Shown: in pieces, positions 8,786 through 18,174 of the stretch
Numbering within the stretch: the first letter of the stretch is position 1
Layout: each line of letters begins with the position of its first letter
From: Candidatus Poribacteria bacterium
Lineage (GTDB): Bacteria > Poribacteria > WGA-4E > UBA9662
Direction of reading: 5' to 3'
Length of the DNA stretch: 28,458 nt
NCBI GenBank assembly: GCA_046582655.1
Contig: JAYGDX010000263.1
Location: forward strand, 1 to 28,458
Made by a program: the position numbers and the translations under genes
The notes under the pieces: generated by a model
What the model was told of the DNA's origin: nothing
What the model saw: only the letters and a program-made list of their open reading frames with translations
Databases searched by the model: none

Positions 8786-9157
8786 CTAGAAAGGAATCTG
8801 AGGGGCTGACGGGTTTGAATCGGTATCCGGTGTTGTTTCTGATTCCTGATCAGAAACAACACTGGCCGCATCTTGATCGGATAGTAATTCCAAATTCTGA
8901 TCGATTCGTTCAACTAGGCGGCCTATTTGAGAATCAAGGTGAAGCCGATCTTCCCGAGTCTGTTGTGCCAACCTGAGCGCCACCAAGATGGCTGTGCTAG
9001 CCTGATCATAACCTTTGCCGCTGACTTGCTGCATCATTTGGTCAACCTGACTGGCAACTTCACGAATATCGGCTTCAGTTAGATTCTCAGGAACCCTCAC
9101 AGTATACTGCGAATTAAAAATATCAACCTTGATTGACGCTGTCTCTTTGTTTTCCAT
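8786..9157 (-). CDS. zapA: Cell division protein ZapA
   Basis: IKVDIFNSQYTV...IREVASQVDQMMQQV...TAILVALRLA followed by a coiled coil. Confidence 0.75.
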   Translation of the reverse strand: MENKETASIKVDIFNSQYTVRVPENLTEADIREVASQVDQMMQQVSGKGYDQASTAILVALRLAQQTREDRLHLDSQIGRLVERIDQNLELLSDQDAASVVSDQESETTPDTDSNPSAPQIPF

Positions 9158-9166
9158 AATCTGAAC

Positions 9167-10036
9167 CTACAATTCTTTTGGGTAGAGGGCTTGTTCCAAG
9201 GCGATGCGCATCGTCTCAACATTAGGTACGATACCAATCCATTTTTCAAAAGCAATTGCACCTTGGTGCACCAACATCCCAATTCCACCGATTGTTTGGC
9301 ATCCTTTCTCTCTAGCAATTCGAAGTAATGGTGTTTCCGGTGACGTATACACAATTTCATAGACAGTAGTATCGGGACTAAGTGAATCCAGATCAATCAA
9401 CAGCTGATCGGTGTCCTTCATGCCAACTGAGGTCGTATTGACCAACAGATCAGCTGAATGGATTGCTGCGTTGAGTTGACTGGATGCCAAGTCAACAACC
9501 GAGATTGCCGTTTCCGATGTGGGCGCTAGTTCTTTTTCTAACTGATTTGCCTTCCATTCAGTTCGATTAGCAATTGTAATTAAGTTCAAACCGGAAAGCG
9601 CCAAAGCTACTACGACCGCGCGCGCGGCACCTCCTGCTCCTAACACCACGGCGGATCCTCCCACCGGAACATCAATTCCTTCCTCAGCCATTGCCTGTAG
9701 AAATCCTTGAGCATCTGTATTATCACCATAAACCTTTCCGTCACAGAATATCAGGGTGTTAGCCGCACCAATCAACGTTGCCTCACGTGAAGCGTCGTCA
9801 AGAATCGACATCACCGCCCGCTTGTGTGGGATAGTCACGTTGACACCAAGTACGTTAAGTGCCTTGAAACCTTCAATTGCTTCCCGTAACTCTCCCGATC
9901 TGACATGAAATGGCACGTAGATGTAATCCAGTTTCCGTTCCGCAATGGCGGCATTATGCATTTGCGGCGATCGACTATGCTGCACTGGATCTCCGATAAT
10001 ACCAACAATCTTCGTATGGCCACTTATTTTTGTCAT
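9167..10036 (-). CDS. aroE: Shikimate dehydrogenase
   Basis: GDPVQHSRSPQMHN, GVNVTIPHK, IGAANT, GDNTD, LGAGGAARA and GIGMLVHQGA motifs. Confidence 0.96.
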   Translation of the reverse strand: MTKISGHTKIVGIIGDPVQHSRSPQMHNAAIAERKLDYIYVPFHVRSGELREAIEGFKALNVLGVNVTIPHKRAVMSILDDASREATLIGAANTLIFCDGKVYGDNTDAQGFLQAMAEEGIDVPVGGSAVVLGAGGAARAVVVALALSGLNLITIANRTEWKANQLEKELAPTSETAISVVDLASSQLNAAIHSADLLVNTTSVGMKDTDQLLIDLDSLSPDTTVYEIVYTSPETPLLRIAREKGCQTIGGIGMLVHQGAIAFEKWIGIVPNVETMRIALEQALYPKEL

Positions 10037-10908
10037 TCCGACCGTTTAATCCCTTCACCAAGCATCAACTTTGTTCGAAGAACTTCATGGTAACTACGTC
10101 GTTGCGACCGAATCAACTGGATTTTTTTGTCCGCTTTACAAATACGGATAGACGCCCCCGGACTAACCAATAACATAGTACGAGGCCCATCTACCAGTAG
10201 ATTGACGTCTCCATAGTTTGACCTAACTGTCACTTTTATTTCGGAATCGCCGTGGGCGATAAACGGCCTCATTGTCAAGGAATGCGGTGAAATCGGTGTC
10301 AGCAGGATCGCATCTAGATGAGGTTCAACAATGGCACCGCCACTTGAAAGCGAATAGCTAGTAGATCCACTGGGCGTAGCCATAATCAAACCATCGGCAT
10401 TATAAGTAATGAACGGTTCAGCGTCAATTTGCGTTTCGAGTTCGATTAAGCGCGTATTGTGCCGAATAACAACATCGTTAAGCGCAAAATAACTTTCCAC
10501 ACCAGATTGGTCATCTGTGCTGTCAAGTCTTGCCTCCAACATCATTCGGGTATCAATCTCATAATTACCCTCTAGAACCCGCTCAAGCGCCGGATAAAGT
10601 TCATCCAGCGAAACATCTGTCAGGAAACCGAGATGCCCAATATTGACAGCCAGAATCGGTACGTTTTCGATACGCGGCGTATGCACCGCGTTCAATAGCG
10701 TGCCATCACCACCCAAAACCAGTATCAGGTCAGACCGGCCAACAACAGTATCCCGATCGCACCCCACTTTCCGGATTCCAACAGCATCGGCCTCATCGTC
10801 GGCAATCAACGACTCAACCCCCTTTTCCCGTAACCAGGCAACGGTTGCCGGAACAACTTCAAGCGCCTTCTCCTTGGTGGTGTTGACAAAAAAACCGATT
10901 GTTTTCAC
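10033..10908 (-). CDS. nadK: NAD(+) kinase
   Basis: LGGDGTLL, GHLGFLT, ALNDVVI and ADGLIMATPSGSTSYSLSSGG motifs. Confidence 0.96.
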   Translation of the reverse strand: MKTIGFFVNTTKEKALEVVPATVAWLREKGVESLIADDEADAVGIRKVGCDRDTVVGRSDLILVLGGDGTLLNAVHTPRIENVPILAVNIGHLGFLTDVSLDELYPALERVLEGNYEIDTRMMLEARLDSTDDQSGVESYFALNDVVIRHNTRLIELETQIDAEPFITYNADGLIMATPSGSTSYSLSSGGAIVEPHLDAILLTPISPHSLTMRPFIAHGDSEIKVTVRSNYGDVNLLVDGPRTMLLVSPGASIRICKADKKIQLIRSQRRSYHEVLRTKLMLGEGIKRSE

Positions 10909-10968
10909 TTTATCTCAGAGAAATCCGTTGTTACTAAAGCCGAGTCTTACGACCCCTAAAATATGGCA

Positions 10969-11964
10969 TTATGTCCGCTGATTTAGCTTTTCAAACCAAT
11001 AAAATAGCAGGATAATCACACACCCAAGCAGAAAGGCGACAAACGTAATTGCCAGATTGGTGTTGACCCCCGGCAAAACATGGGCAAAGTCGATTCGTTG
11101 ACTATTCACCACCTCAAATTCGCGGAATGGCCATAAACCGTACAACGACCCCAGCATGAGTCCAACCAGAAAAGACACTGTGAGATCATAATACTGTTCC
11201 AGCAGAAAATGAAGCAAGCGGGTAAAAGCCAGAAGTCCCAGCCCACAACCGATGGCAAAAGTAATGAGCAGTGTCAAATCCCGATTGTTAATAGCTAACA
11301 AAACCTCAAAATAAACTCCAAAGAGCAACATGACAAACGATCCGCTGATACCCGGCAAAATCATGGCCGAAATTGCGATTGACCCCACGATAAACAGATA
11401 CGCCAACCGACCAACCGATCGGTCTGTTCGGCTATCCATATCCTGACCGCCCAGATTTTCTTGCAGCTGTTCGATTTTGTATTTCTGTTTCTCTTTCTCC
11501 AATGTTTTTTCACCACCCATACTGATAGTCAATCCAACCGTTAGTACGATGGCACACGAAAGCGGAATCAGTTGATAAAAATGGAACCGTTTCATCATTC
11601 TCAGCGGCGTGAGAATGGACAATAGAATCAAACCGCAGAAGAACCCATATGTTGGATCGTGTTGCTCAGTTATCAGCAAAACAATCAGTTTCGACGTCGT
11701 CACGATTGCCATTGCCGCGCCAACAGCAATCAAAAACAGAAACCCAATATCGATTCGTTGGCACTCTTGACGGATACCCGTAATTTTGAAGGACAAGAAT
11801 TCTCTGACCGTACTGATTCCAATGCAGTTCAATGACCGGATCATACGTTCGTAGATCCCCAGAACCATAGCCATGGTTCCACCACTAACTCCGGGAATGA
11901 TATTGGCAATCCCAATCAAGCCTCCTTTAAAAATCAAGCTCAGACAGGATACGATCCGTTCCAT
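10969..11964 (-). CDS. DUF368-family membrane protein (undecaprenyl-phosphate translocase family)
   Basis: Twin motifs ANIIPGVSGGTMA and SAMILPGISGSF, plus multiple TM helices. Confidence 0.92.
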   Translation of the reverse strand: MERIVSCLSLIFKGGLIGIANIIPGVSGGTMAMVLGIYERMIRSLNCIGISTVREFLSFKITGIRQECQRIDIGFLFLIAVGAAMAIVTTSKLIVLLITEQHDPTYGFFCGLILLSILTPLRMMKRFHFYQLIPLSCAIVLTVGLTISMGGEKTLEKEKQKYKIEQLQENLGGQDMDSRTDRSVGRLAYLFIVGSIAISAMILPGISGSFVMLLFGVYFEVLLAINNRDLTLLITFAIGCGLGLLAFTRLLHFLLEQYYDLTVSFLVGLMLGSLYGLWPFREFEVVNSQRIDFAHVLPGVNTNLAITFVAFLLGCVIILLFYWFEKLNQRT

Positions 11965-12707
11965 TAACAGTTAAACCAATCTTTTACCATATCGAGGTGA
12001 TCATAGGCGGTCTGATCAAGTTGTACCGGCGTGATTGAAACAAAACGGTTCTTGAGGGTGTTCAGATCCGTATCCGGTCGTTGATCGGTTGCCAACCGGT
12101 CACCACCAATCCAATAGTAAGGATTCCCAGTTCGATCTTTTCGCTCAATAGCGTTTGCGCTGTATGTTCCCAAATCCTGTCGGGTGACTTTTATCCCTTG
12201 AACACCTGAAACCTCAAGGTTGGGGATATTAACATTTAACAAAATCCCATCGGGAATACCTTGATCAGCTACTCTTTCAACGATTTGAACAGCATATTTG
12301 ATGGCTGTTTCATAATGATATTTCCTGCTAGAAGTCATGGAAAAGGCAATAGCCGGAATATGAAGCAAGGCAGCTTTTCGGGCAGCTGCTACTGTTCCTG
12401 AGAAGTGAAGATCATGTCCCAAGTTGTCGCCGTGATTGATACCAGAGACAACCAATTTAGGACTTTCGGGTAAGAGCTGCGCAATAGCCAAATCGACACA
12501 ATCGACCGGCGTCCCATCAACGGCATAAAAACGGTCTCCTACCTGTTTGGCACGTAAGGGATGATGAAGCGTAATGGCCATACCAACTGCGCTCCGCTCA
12601 CGGTCTGGCGCAACCACATAGACCGAATCAAGTGTTTCCAAGGCAGTTGCCAACACCTTCATTCCCGCTGACTCAACTCCATCATCATTGGTCACTAAGA
12701 TCATCAA
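11964..12707 (-). CDS. surE: 5'/3'-nucleotidase SurE
   Basis: ILVTNDDG, VVAPDRERS, GTPVDCV and VVSGINHGDNLG...SGTVAAA motifs. Confidence 0.96.
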   Translation of the reverse strand: MMILVTNDDGVESAGMKVLATALETLDSVYVVAPDRERSAVGMAITLHHPLRAKQVGDRFYAVDGTPVDCVDLAIAQLLPESPKLVVSGINHGDNLGHDLHFSGTVAAARKAALLHIPAIAFSMTSSRKYHYETAIKYAVQIVERVADQGIPDGILLNVNIPNLEVSGVQGIKVTRQDLGTYSANAIERKDRTGNPYYWIGGDRLATDQRPDTDLNTLKNRFVSITPVQLDQTAYDHLDMVKDWFNC

Positions 12708-13080
12708 TCAGTACGTCTGGAAAAATTCAATTGATTCGCCGCTCGGTCCTTTTAAAAAAGCGAGTGTAACATTCAAACCACTTAGATTTACACCTATCGG
12801 CTCGACTATAATTTCACATCCAGCAATTCGAACATGTTCCACAGCAGCTCGGGCATAATCGACAGCTAAAGCAAAATGAAAAATGGGATCGTTAGGAACA
12901 TTATCTTCCGGTTTTGGACTTCCTTCATAAACATCGAAAAGTTCCATATGCAAACCATCACCAAATGTCCGGCAGAACTATCTGTCGCTCGGGAGACGAT
13001 CCCTCGAATTCTGCCACCAACCTCATACTAAGAACGTCACGATATAGTTTTAACGATTCTCGCCAATCCCTCTCAACATT
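12708..13080 (-). pseudogene. Frameshifted VOC/glyoxalase-family gene
   Basis: The upstream frame RDWRESLKLYRDVLSMRLVAEF...RQIVLPDI(W*) joins by an apparent extra T near 12963 to GDGLHMELF...IFHFALAV...AFLKGPSGESIEFFQ. An in-frame stop precedes the upstream piece and the N-terminal His motif is missing. Confidence 0.75.
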
Positions 13081-13123
13081 TTATGGGTTGTCCCAACCGA
13101 TATACGGATAAATGCCTTCTCCT

Positions 13124-13792
13124 CTAAATTAAATGGAGCCAATCGCCCAGCAAAAAAGTCATGCGGCCAATCAGAAGTGTGACACGTCCAGCCACGGCAT
13201 TAGCAAAACTGGCACCGAAGCTAATCATAATAAAGATAACCCCGATTTTGGCTAGCTTACCTGGTACGCCTCTGTGTTCAACGGAGAAAAAGAAATAGGT
13301 TAACGTACAGATGACACCAACCAGCATCAGAACCGTGTTGACTTGAGATTTACTGCCAGAGAAGAATTCTTTCTCAGAGAAGCCTTGAAAATCTAAGATA
13401 GTTGAAGTTACTTGCGCGTAGACTTTACTCGAAAGTTCCGCTGATATAACAATCCCAGATCCCCAACCGATAGTTAAAGCCAACACGATAGTAACTAACC
13501 AAGACCATTTTGGAACATATGAACTAAAGAAAAGTAACCCTAGCAATATGGCAATAACTGACGAAACAATAGCAGCAATATCCGGCTGGATGGTCCAGGT
13601 TCCTGTTGCAAAGAACTGGTCTTTGATTACACCAAAGATGCCTTCTTTCAATACTTTGACAACCAGTATGTACCCTAATGTTAATCCAACAAATAGATTT
13701 TGAGCAACGTCATAGGCCGGATTATTCTTATACAAAAAGCTAAAAATACATAGCGTTAGAATTGCTGCAACCCAAATTCCTAGTAATTCCAT
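13124..13792 (-). CDS. Uncharacterised ~6-TM membrane protein (module subunit D)
   Basis: Six hydrophobic segments in three similar hairpin units, with basic loops after TM1/3/5. Starts 2 nt after the previous gene's stop. Confidence 0.85.
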   Translation of the reverse strand: MELLGIWVAAILTLCIFSFLYKNNPAYDVAQNLFVGLTLGYILVVKVLKEGIFGVIKDQFFATGTWTIQPDIAAIVSSVIAILLGLLFFSSYVPKWSWLVTIVLALTIGWGSGIVISAELSSKVYAQVTSTILDFQGFSEKEFFSGSKSQVNTVLMLVGVICTLTYFFFSVEHRGVPGKLAKIGVIFIMISFGASFANAVAGRVTLLIGRMTFLLGDWLHLI

Positions 13793-13794
13793 AC

Positions 13795-14691
13795 TTATTC
13801 TAACCCCATAGATTGTTTTGCGGCTTCCGTTTGTCTTTGTTCCATCGTTTTTCTTTCCCTATGTCTGGTGACGAAATATCCGGCATTACAAAGTATAAGA
13901 AGAAGAACTAAAGCGTAGTGTACAATGGACTGAATACTCATGCCTGGTTGTGCCGGTCCACCTGCGACCCAATACCCAGCATTTCTAATCAGTTGTTCGT
14001 ATTCAGCTGCCCCTTGTAGTCCAGGCAAAGCCCCTTTAAGTTGTCCCGAGCTGAGGTAAGGAAACATAGCAGTATACATCACACTCGTAACTCCCACAGA
14101 CACCCTAACACCGAATCTATCACCGACGAATTGAACCCAGTATCCCGGCGTTTTGAAGGCGGCTACAGCAATAAGCAAATCCGCGTCATCATAATTCTTG
14201 ATCTCTTTCATCATCGGGAGGTCTGAAAGTGGGATATCATTCATATCTGTCGTATATCCCGCAGTTCCCATATCCTTAGCCAAGCCAAGAATCACAGACA
14301 ATTGCCCCGGGCTATACCCAAGATAAACGTAATCGATCCCTTCTATTTTATTGTGTTCTCCACCAATCGTCCTGAATTCTTTCATGCCAAGCGGGGCGGA
14401 TTCAGCAATTAGCGGGTTCATGCCCAGTACCTTAATATCCTTGGCAAAGCAATGATGCAAAATCGCTTTCAACTGAGGCTGTAACTCAGCCATCGCCGGA
14501 GGCGTATAGTCCAAAGCAATCCAGACACATGAACCGGGTTCAAGACCGTCGATCTCGTCATATACGGCTTGAGTACTTGGCGTGATGGAACTCATTGGGA
14601 AACTGACTTTGAGCAGTGTCGGTACGATCACAACAACAAGTAGTGCTAAGAAGATGATTCGACGATCAAGCGCCATTAAACGTTCTAGCAT
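13795..14691 (-). CDS. Uncharacterised TM-alpha/beta domain-TM protein (module subunit C), probable distant DUF6754 homolog
   Basis: Start moved to ATG 14691 (MLERLM), which has a GGAGGA RBS. N-terminal DRR then TM; central ALDYTP..ELQPQ, GIDYVYLGYSPG and PYLSSGQLKGALPGLQGAAEYE; C-terminal TM then a basic tail. Confidence 0.85.
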   Translation of the reverse strand: MLERLMALDRRIIFLALLVVVIVPTLLKVSFPMSSITPSTQAVYDEIDGLEPGSCVWIALDYTPPAMAELQPQLKAILHHCFAKDIKVLGMNPLIAESAPLGMKEFRTIGGEHNKIEGIDYVYLGYSPGQLSVILGLAKDMGTAGYTTDMNDIPLSDLPMMKEIKNYDDADLLIAVAAFKTPGYWVQFVGDRFGVRVSVGVTSVMYTAMFPYLSSGQLKGALPGLQGAAEYEQLIRNAGYWVAGGPAQPGMSIQSIVHYALVLLLILCNAGYFVTRHRERKTMEQRQTEAAKQSMGLE

Positions 14692-14701
14692 TTTTGTGTC
14701 C

Positions 14702-15349
14702 TTATCCTCCCAACCAGGAACGATCGATACCAAGTAGAATCCTCAATGACTGGGAGACTGCTCCTAGTCCCAGTCCAAGTAAGAGGGCACGTTGGGCGGC
14801 ACCGCTTGGTGTCTCTAATATCCAGTTCCTGATCGACGAAAAGTTGCTCCATATGTACATATCCGTGGGAGGTGCATTTGCCAGTAACACGATGATTCCA
14901 GCCGTTAAGAGAATTGCAGCATCAAAAGTTCGAGCCCGAAAAGCACGATAGGCAGCTGAAGTAATATAAAATGCCAGCATGGCGAAAACCGTATTACCTA
15001 ATGGAATTTGAACATTAACATATATCCAGTCAAAAACAAGGCCGTCAATTTTAATTTTTCCTGTAAAAAATCCCAACCCATTATCAATGATGGCGGCAAT
15101 TGGAAGCAGGGAAAAGCCGACAAGGAGAATAATACTATATTGCCAGTTTTCACCTCTTACGCGGATTCTTCTGATATGATTGCGGGGTACGCTGACCAAT
15201 GCCACCATCAGGGCAAAGATTGCAATAATCTGGTTCATTTTTAATGTACGCTCAAAAAATGCCTGTGACAACTGATGAGGAATAAAGTACTGCAGTAACA
15301 TCAGAACACCAATGGTGCTGCACAAGATTACCGGTAACGATCGCCTCAT
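14702..15349 (-). CDS. Uncharacterised ~6-TM membrane protein (module subunit B)
   Basis: Six hydrophobic segments. Basic N-terminus and loops RNHIRRIRVR and AYRAFRAR; ends LRILLGIDRSW. ATGA overlap with the upstream gene. Confidence 0.85.
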   Translation of the reverse strand: MRRSLPVILCSTIGVLMLLQYFIPHQLSQAFFERTLKMNQIIAIFALMVALVSVPRNHIRRIRVRGENWQYSIILLVGFSLLPIAAIIDNGLGFFTGKIKIDGLVFDWIYVNVQIPLGNTVFAMLAFYITSAAYRAFRARTFDAAILLTAGIIVLLANAPPTDMYIWSNFSSIRNWILETPSGAAQRALLLGLGLGAVSQSLRILLGIDRSWLGG

Positions 15350-17304
15350 GAAATTACCTCAAACCATCTTTGCGTGAAAAAGTCTAATATGATGTTGGAG
15401 GATCCAGATAGCGCCAGCAGAGAACCTATGATTAGGCAAGCAAATACGGCTAGTTTCAGTACGTCCTGCGCTTTTAACGTACAGATTTGAATCGGATCCT
15501 TTTTGATATAGGCACCTGCTGCGTATAATTCCTCACCCAGGAGAGTGTAATCACAAGCAACAACAAAGTACGGAAGTTGTTTCTCGTTATCTGTTCCAGC
15601 GATTTGAATTGCTCCGACGGCATTGCCATTCTCCGCGTAGATCAAGGACTCAGCGCCGAAATCACCTTGAATAAATATTGCCGCTGGATTTTCACGATGC
15701 ATGCTCCCAGCGACAGCGGAAGCATAAGCGAGTTGATCGGTTGTTTCAAAATGCACGTCATATTCATCGTATAAATCCGGTCTTCCTGCATATAAAAAGA
15801 TGTTTCTGAGGGAATTGCTTAATACCTGATTGACAACTGCTTGCTGATTAGGTGACATGATGTGAGACTGCATAACCACCGCGTAATTGGCAGCACCTTC
15901 AAAAATATTGATAGCGGCTATTGATGAGGATTTATAGACGTCATCGTTACCAGGAATGAACATCACTGGCCGCCCCATCTCAGCTGAACGACCAATAGCT
16001 TCCTCAAAGGCGTCAAGGGCGGGAATTCGGCGAATAAACATGTCCTGTCCGCTTTGCGCTTTATCAATAAAATATAATGTCACTGCCGCAACTAAGATAA
16101 GACCCAGTAATTCAGAAATTTTTGTTGTCGCAATCAGATTGCCAACAGCTTTAATTTCTTCAGATTCACCAGACTCCGAAATTATGCCTGCTTCTCCAAC
16201 AGCCGCAACCTTATAGACGTATGGAACATCGGTTGTAGCTTTATCAGCGTAAAAACCAAGGCTCGTGTAATCAGGTGAAAACTCCCTATCATAGCTCGGC
16301 AGAATAGCCAAGACATTCTTTTTGGTTTCCCCTGCCTTCACCGCCTTTTTTGTTATTTGTTCAAAATCACCATCTGGTAATTGCTTACGAAAAACATGAT
16401 AACCGGTGACAGCACCGCTAGAAGATTCAGCCCACGTAACAATTATATTACCCCCCTTAAATTTGCTGACAGCCCCTTTCGTGCTAAGCCCTTTTCCTGC
16501 ATCGTTCGGTACATCAAAAACCCTAACACCTGTTGGTGGAGCGAGTTCTTCAGCTGTTTCTTCCAGTTCCTCTTCCACCAGACCAGCAGATCCTAAATTT
16601 CTAAGAACCTGTCTTATCTCCCTTATTTCCTTAAGGATGTTATCAGTAGGTTCGACATCCTTTTGAACAGATGATTCGACTTTTACAGGAGTTGCTGCTT
16701 TAGTTTCATCGAGCTTAGTTTCTACCTTCGGTGAACTCGAAGATTGAGTTGGCTCTTGTGGTTCTGGTTGCTTGGTAGAAGTTGCTACATTGCCCGAAAT
16801 AGGAACCTGCAACTGGTCACCAGCCTTTATTGTATTCAGGTTAGCAATGTCGTTATATTCCAGAAACTTTTTATACTTTCCCCGATCACCGAAATATTTC
16901 TGTGCCAAATCTGCCAGTGTCTCACCGACCTGCACAGTAACGATTTCAGTAACATCATTAACACGTTTATGAATGATGTTGGACGCCAATACGGAGGTCG
17001 CGGATTGAAAATCCTGATCTTGAAGTTCCGCCGACGGAAGAACAGGCACCCGTATCATATCTCCCGGTCTTACCGAGTTAATATCTGTGATGACATTGTA
17101 TTCCAAAAATTGTTTATACTGTTTCCGGTCACCGAAATATTTCTGTGCCAAATCTGCCAACGTTTGACCGGGTTTGATCATGATGACTCTGGTTGGCTTG
17201 CCGAGTTCCTTCGAATCTTTTGGCGTAATCTCTGCTGATATTAAAGGTGTCATGACAAAACTAACCAAAGCTACCAAAGTAACGTACATTATCGCTTTTT
17301 TCAA
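15346..17304 (-). CDS. Signal peptide-2xLysM-FN3-like-TM-DUF6754-TM protein (module subunit A)
   Basis: TTG start with a GAGG RBS and a signal peptide. Two LysM repeats (IKPGQTLADLAQKYFGD...VRPGDMIRVP; VQVGETLADLAQKYFGD...IKAGDQLQVP). FN3-like APPTGV..VTW..GYHVFR..YVYKVAAV. DUF6754-type IRRIPALDAFEEAIGRSAEMGRP...GAIQIAGT..QLPYFVVACDYTLLGEELYAAGAY. Confidence 0.88.
   Translation of the reverse strand: MKKAIMYVTLVALVSFVMTPLISAEITPKDSKELGKPTRVIMIKPGQTLADLAQKYFGDRKQYKQFLEYNVITDINSVRPGDMIRVPVLPSAELQDQDFQSATSVLASNIIHKRVNDVTEIVTVQVGETLADLAQKYFGDRGKYKKFLEYNDIANLNTIKAGDQLQVPISGNVATSTKQPEPQEPTQSSSSPKVETKLDETKAATPVKVESSVQKDVEPTDNILKEIREIRQVLRNLGSAGLVEEELEETAEELAPPTGVRVFDVPNDAGKGLSTKGAVSKFKGGNIIVTWAESSSGAVTGYHVFRKQLPDGDFEQITKKAVKAGETKKNVLAILPSYDREFSPDYTSLGFYADKATTDVPYVYKVAAVGEAGIISESGESEEIKAVGNLIATTKISELLGLILVAAVTLYFIDKAQSGQDMFIRRIPALDAFEEAIGRSAEMGRPVMFIPGNDDVYKSSSIAAINIFEGAANYAVVMQSHIMSPNQQAVVNQVLSNSLRNIFLYAGRPDLYDEYDVHFETTDQLAYASAVAGSMHRENPAAIFIQGDFGAESLIYAENGNAVGAIQIAGTDNEKQLPYFVVACDYTLLGEELYAAGAYIKKDPIQICTLKAQDVLKLAVFACLIIGSLLALSGSSNIILDFFTQRWFEVIS
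16886..17159. repeat. Intragenic direct repeat (LysM duplication), 243-nt period
   Basis: Identical 31-mer tcaccgaaatatttctgtgccaaatctgcca at 16886-16916 and 17129-17159, with similar flanks. Confidence 0.95.
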
Positions 17305-17331
17305 AATGTTAGTTTCCTCTTTCCCAATTTC

Positions 17332-18174
17332 CTAAGTTTCAAGTTTTGGATCCAGAACATCGCGAAGCGCATCACCCAATAGATTAAACCCCAGAACAGT
17401 TAGAAAAATAGCGATCCCAGGCATCATCACTGCCCATGGCGCAATACGAATTAAGGAACGATTTTCGCTTAACATCGCGCCCCATTCCGGCTCACCAATC
17501 TCAGCACCAAGGCCAAGAAAACTGAGCCCCGCCGCATCTAGGATCGCAGTTCCAATGCCAAGTGTCGCTTGTACAATTAGGGGAGCCAAACAATTTGGCA
17601 GAATCGACTTCCTTAAAATCCAGAAATCGCCGGCTCCAATCGCTCGAGTTGCCATAACGTAATCCTGTTCGCGTACTTCCAGTACCGATCCTCGCAGGAT
17701 TCGTGCGTATTGCGGAATATAGACGATAGAAACGGCAATAATCGCATTGGTCAAGCCTCGCCCCAAAATGGTAACAATCACCATGGCCAACAATATGCTC
17801 GGCAAGGCCAGCATCATGTCCATCAAACGCATAATCACGTTTTCCAGCCGCCCACCATAATAACCAGCGATTGTGCCAAACAGTGTACCAACGGATATCG
17901 AAAAGGTCATGGCGATTAAACCGATCTTAATCGAGATTCGCGAGCCATAAACAACACGGCTAAAAACATCTCGGCCGACCTTATCGGTACCGAAAAAGTG
18001 GTTGGCTGACCAACCCTGAAGACGCGAACTTATATCGGCTTGGCGCGGGTCATATGTTGCAATTACCGGTGCAAACATCGCCATAAATATAAAAAAGAGA
18101 ACAATACTCGCACCAATTGCAGCTGACTTCTGGCGCGACAAACGACGCCAAAAAAGCTGGTGATGATTGCTCAT
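17332..18174 (-). CDS. dppC: Dipeptide/oligopeptide ABC transporter permease
   Basis: HFFGTDKVGRDVFSRVVYGSRIS, EAA-like YVMATRAIGA and LSFLGLG...PEWGAML motifs. Confidence 0.93.
   Translation of the reverse strand: MSNHHQLFWRRLSRQKSAAIGASIVLFFIFMAMFAPVIATYDPRQADISSRLQGWSANHFFGTDKVGRDVFSRVVYGSRISIKIGLIAMTFSISVGTLFGTIAGYYGGRLENVIMRLMDMMLALPSILLAMVIVTILGRGLTNAIIAVSIVYIPQYARILRGSVLEVREQDYVMATRAIGAGDFWILRKSILPNCLAPLIVQATLGIGTAILDAAGLSFLGLGAEIGEPEWGAMLSENRSLIRIAPWAVMMPGIAIFLTVLGFNLLGDALRDVLDPKLET

Noticed and set aside
8700..8800. 6S RNA expected downstream of zapA
   Set aside because: The zapA stop directly abuts the moxR start, leaving no room.
16886..17159. 31-nt exact direct repeat as a CRISPR repeat or mobile-element end
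   Set aside because: Only two copies, 243 nt apart, in frame inside a CDS; explained by the LysM duplication. No cas genes are present.
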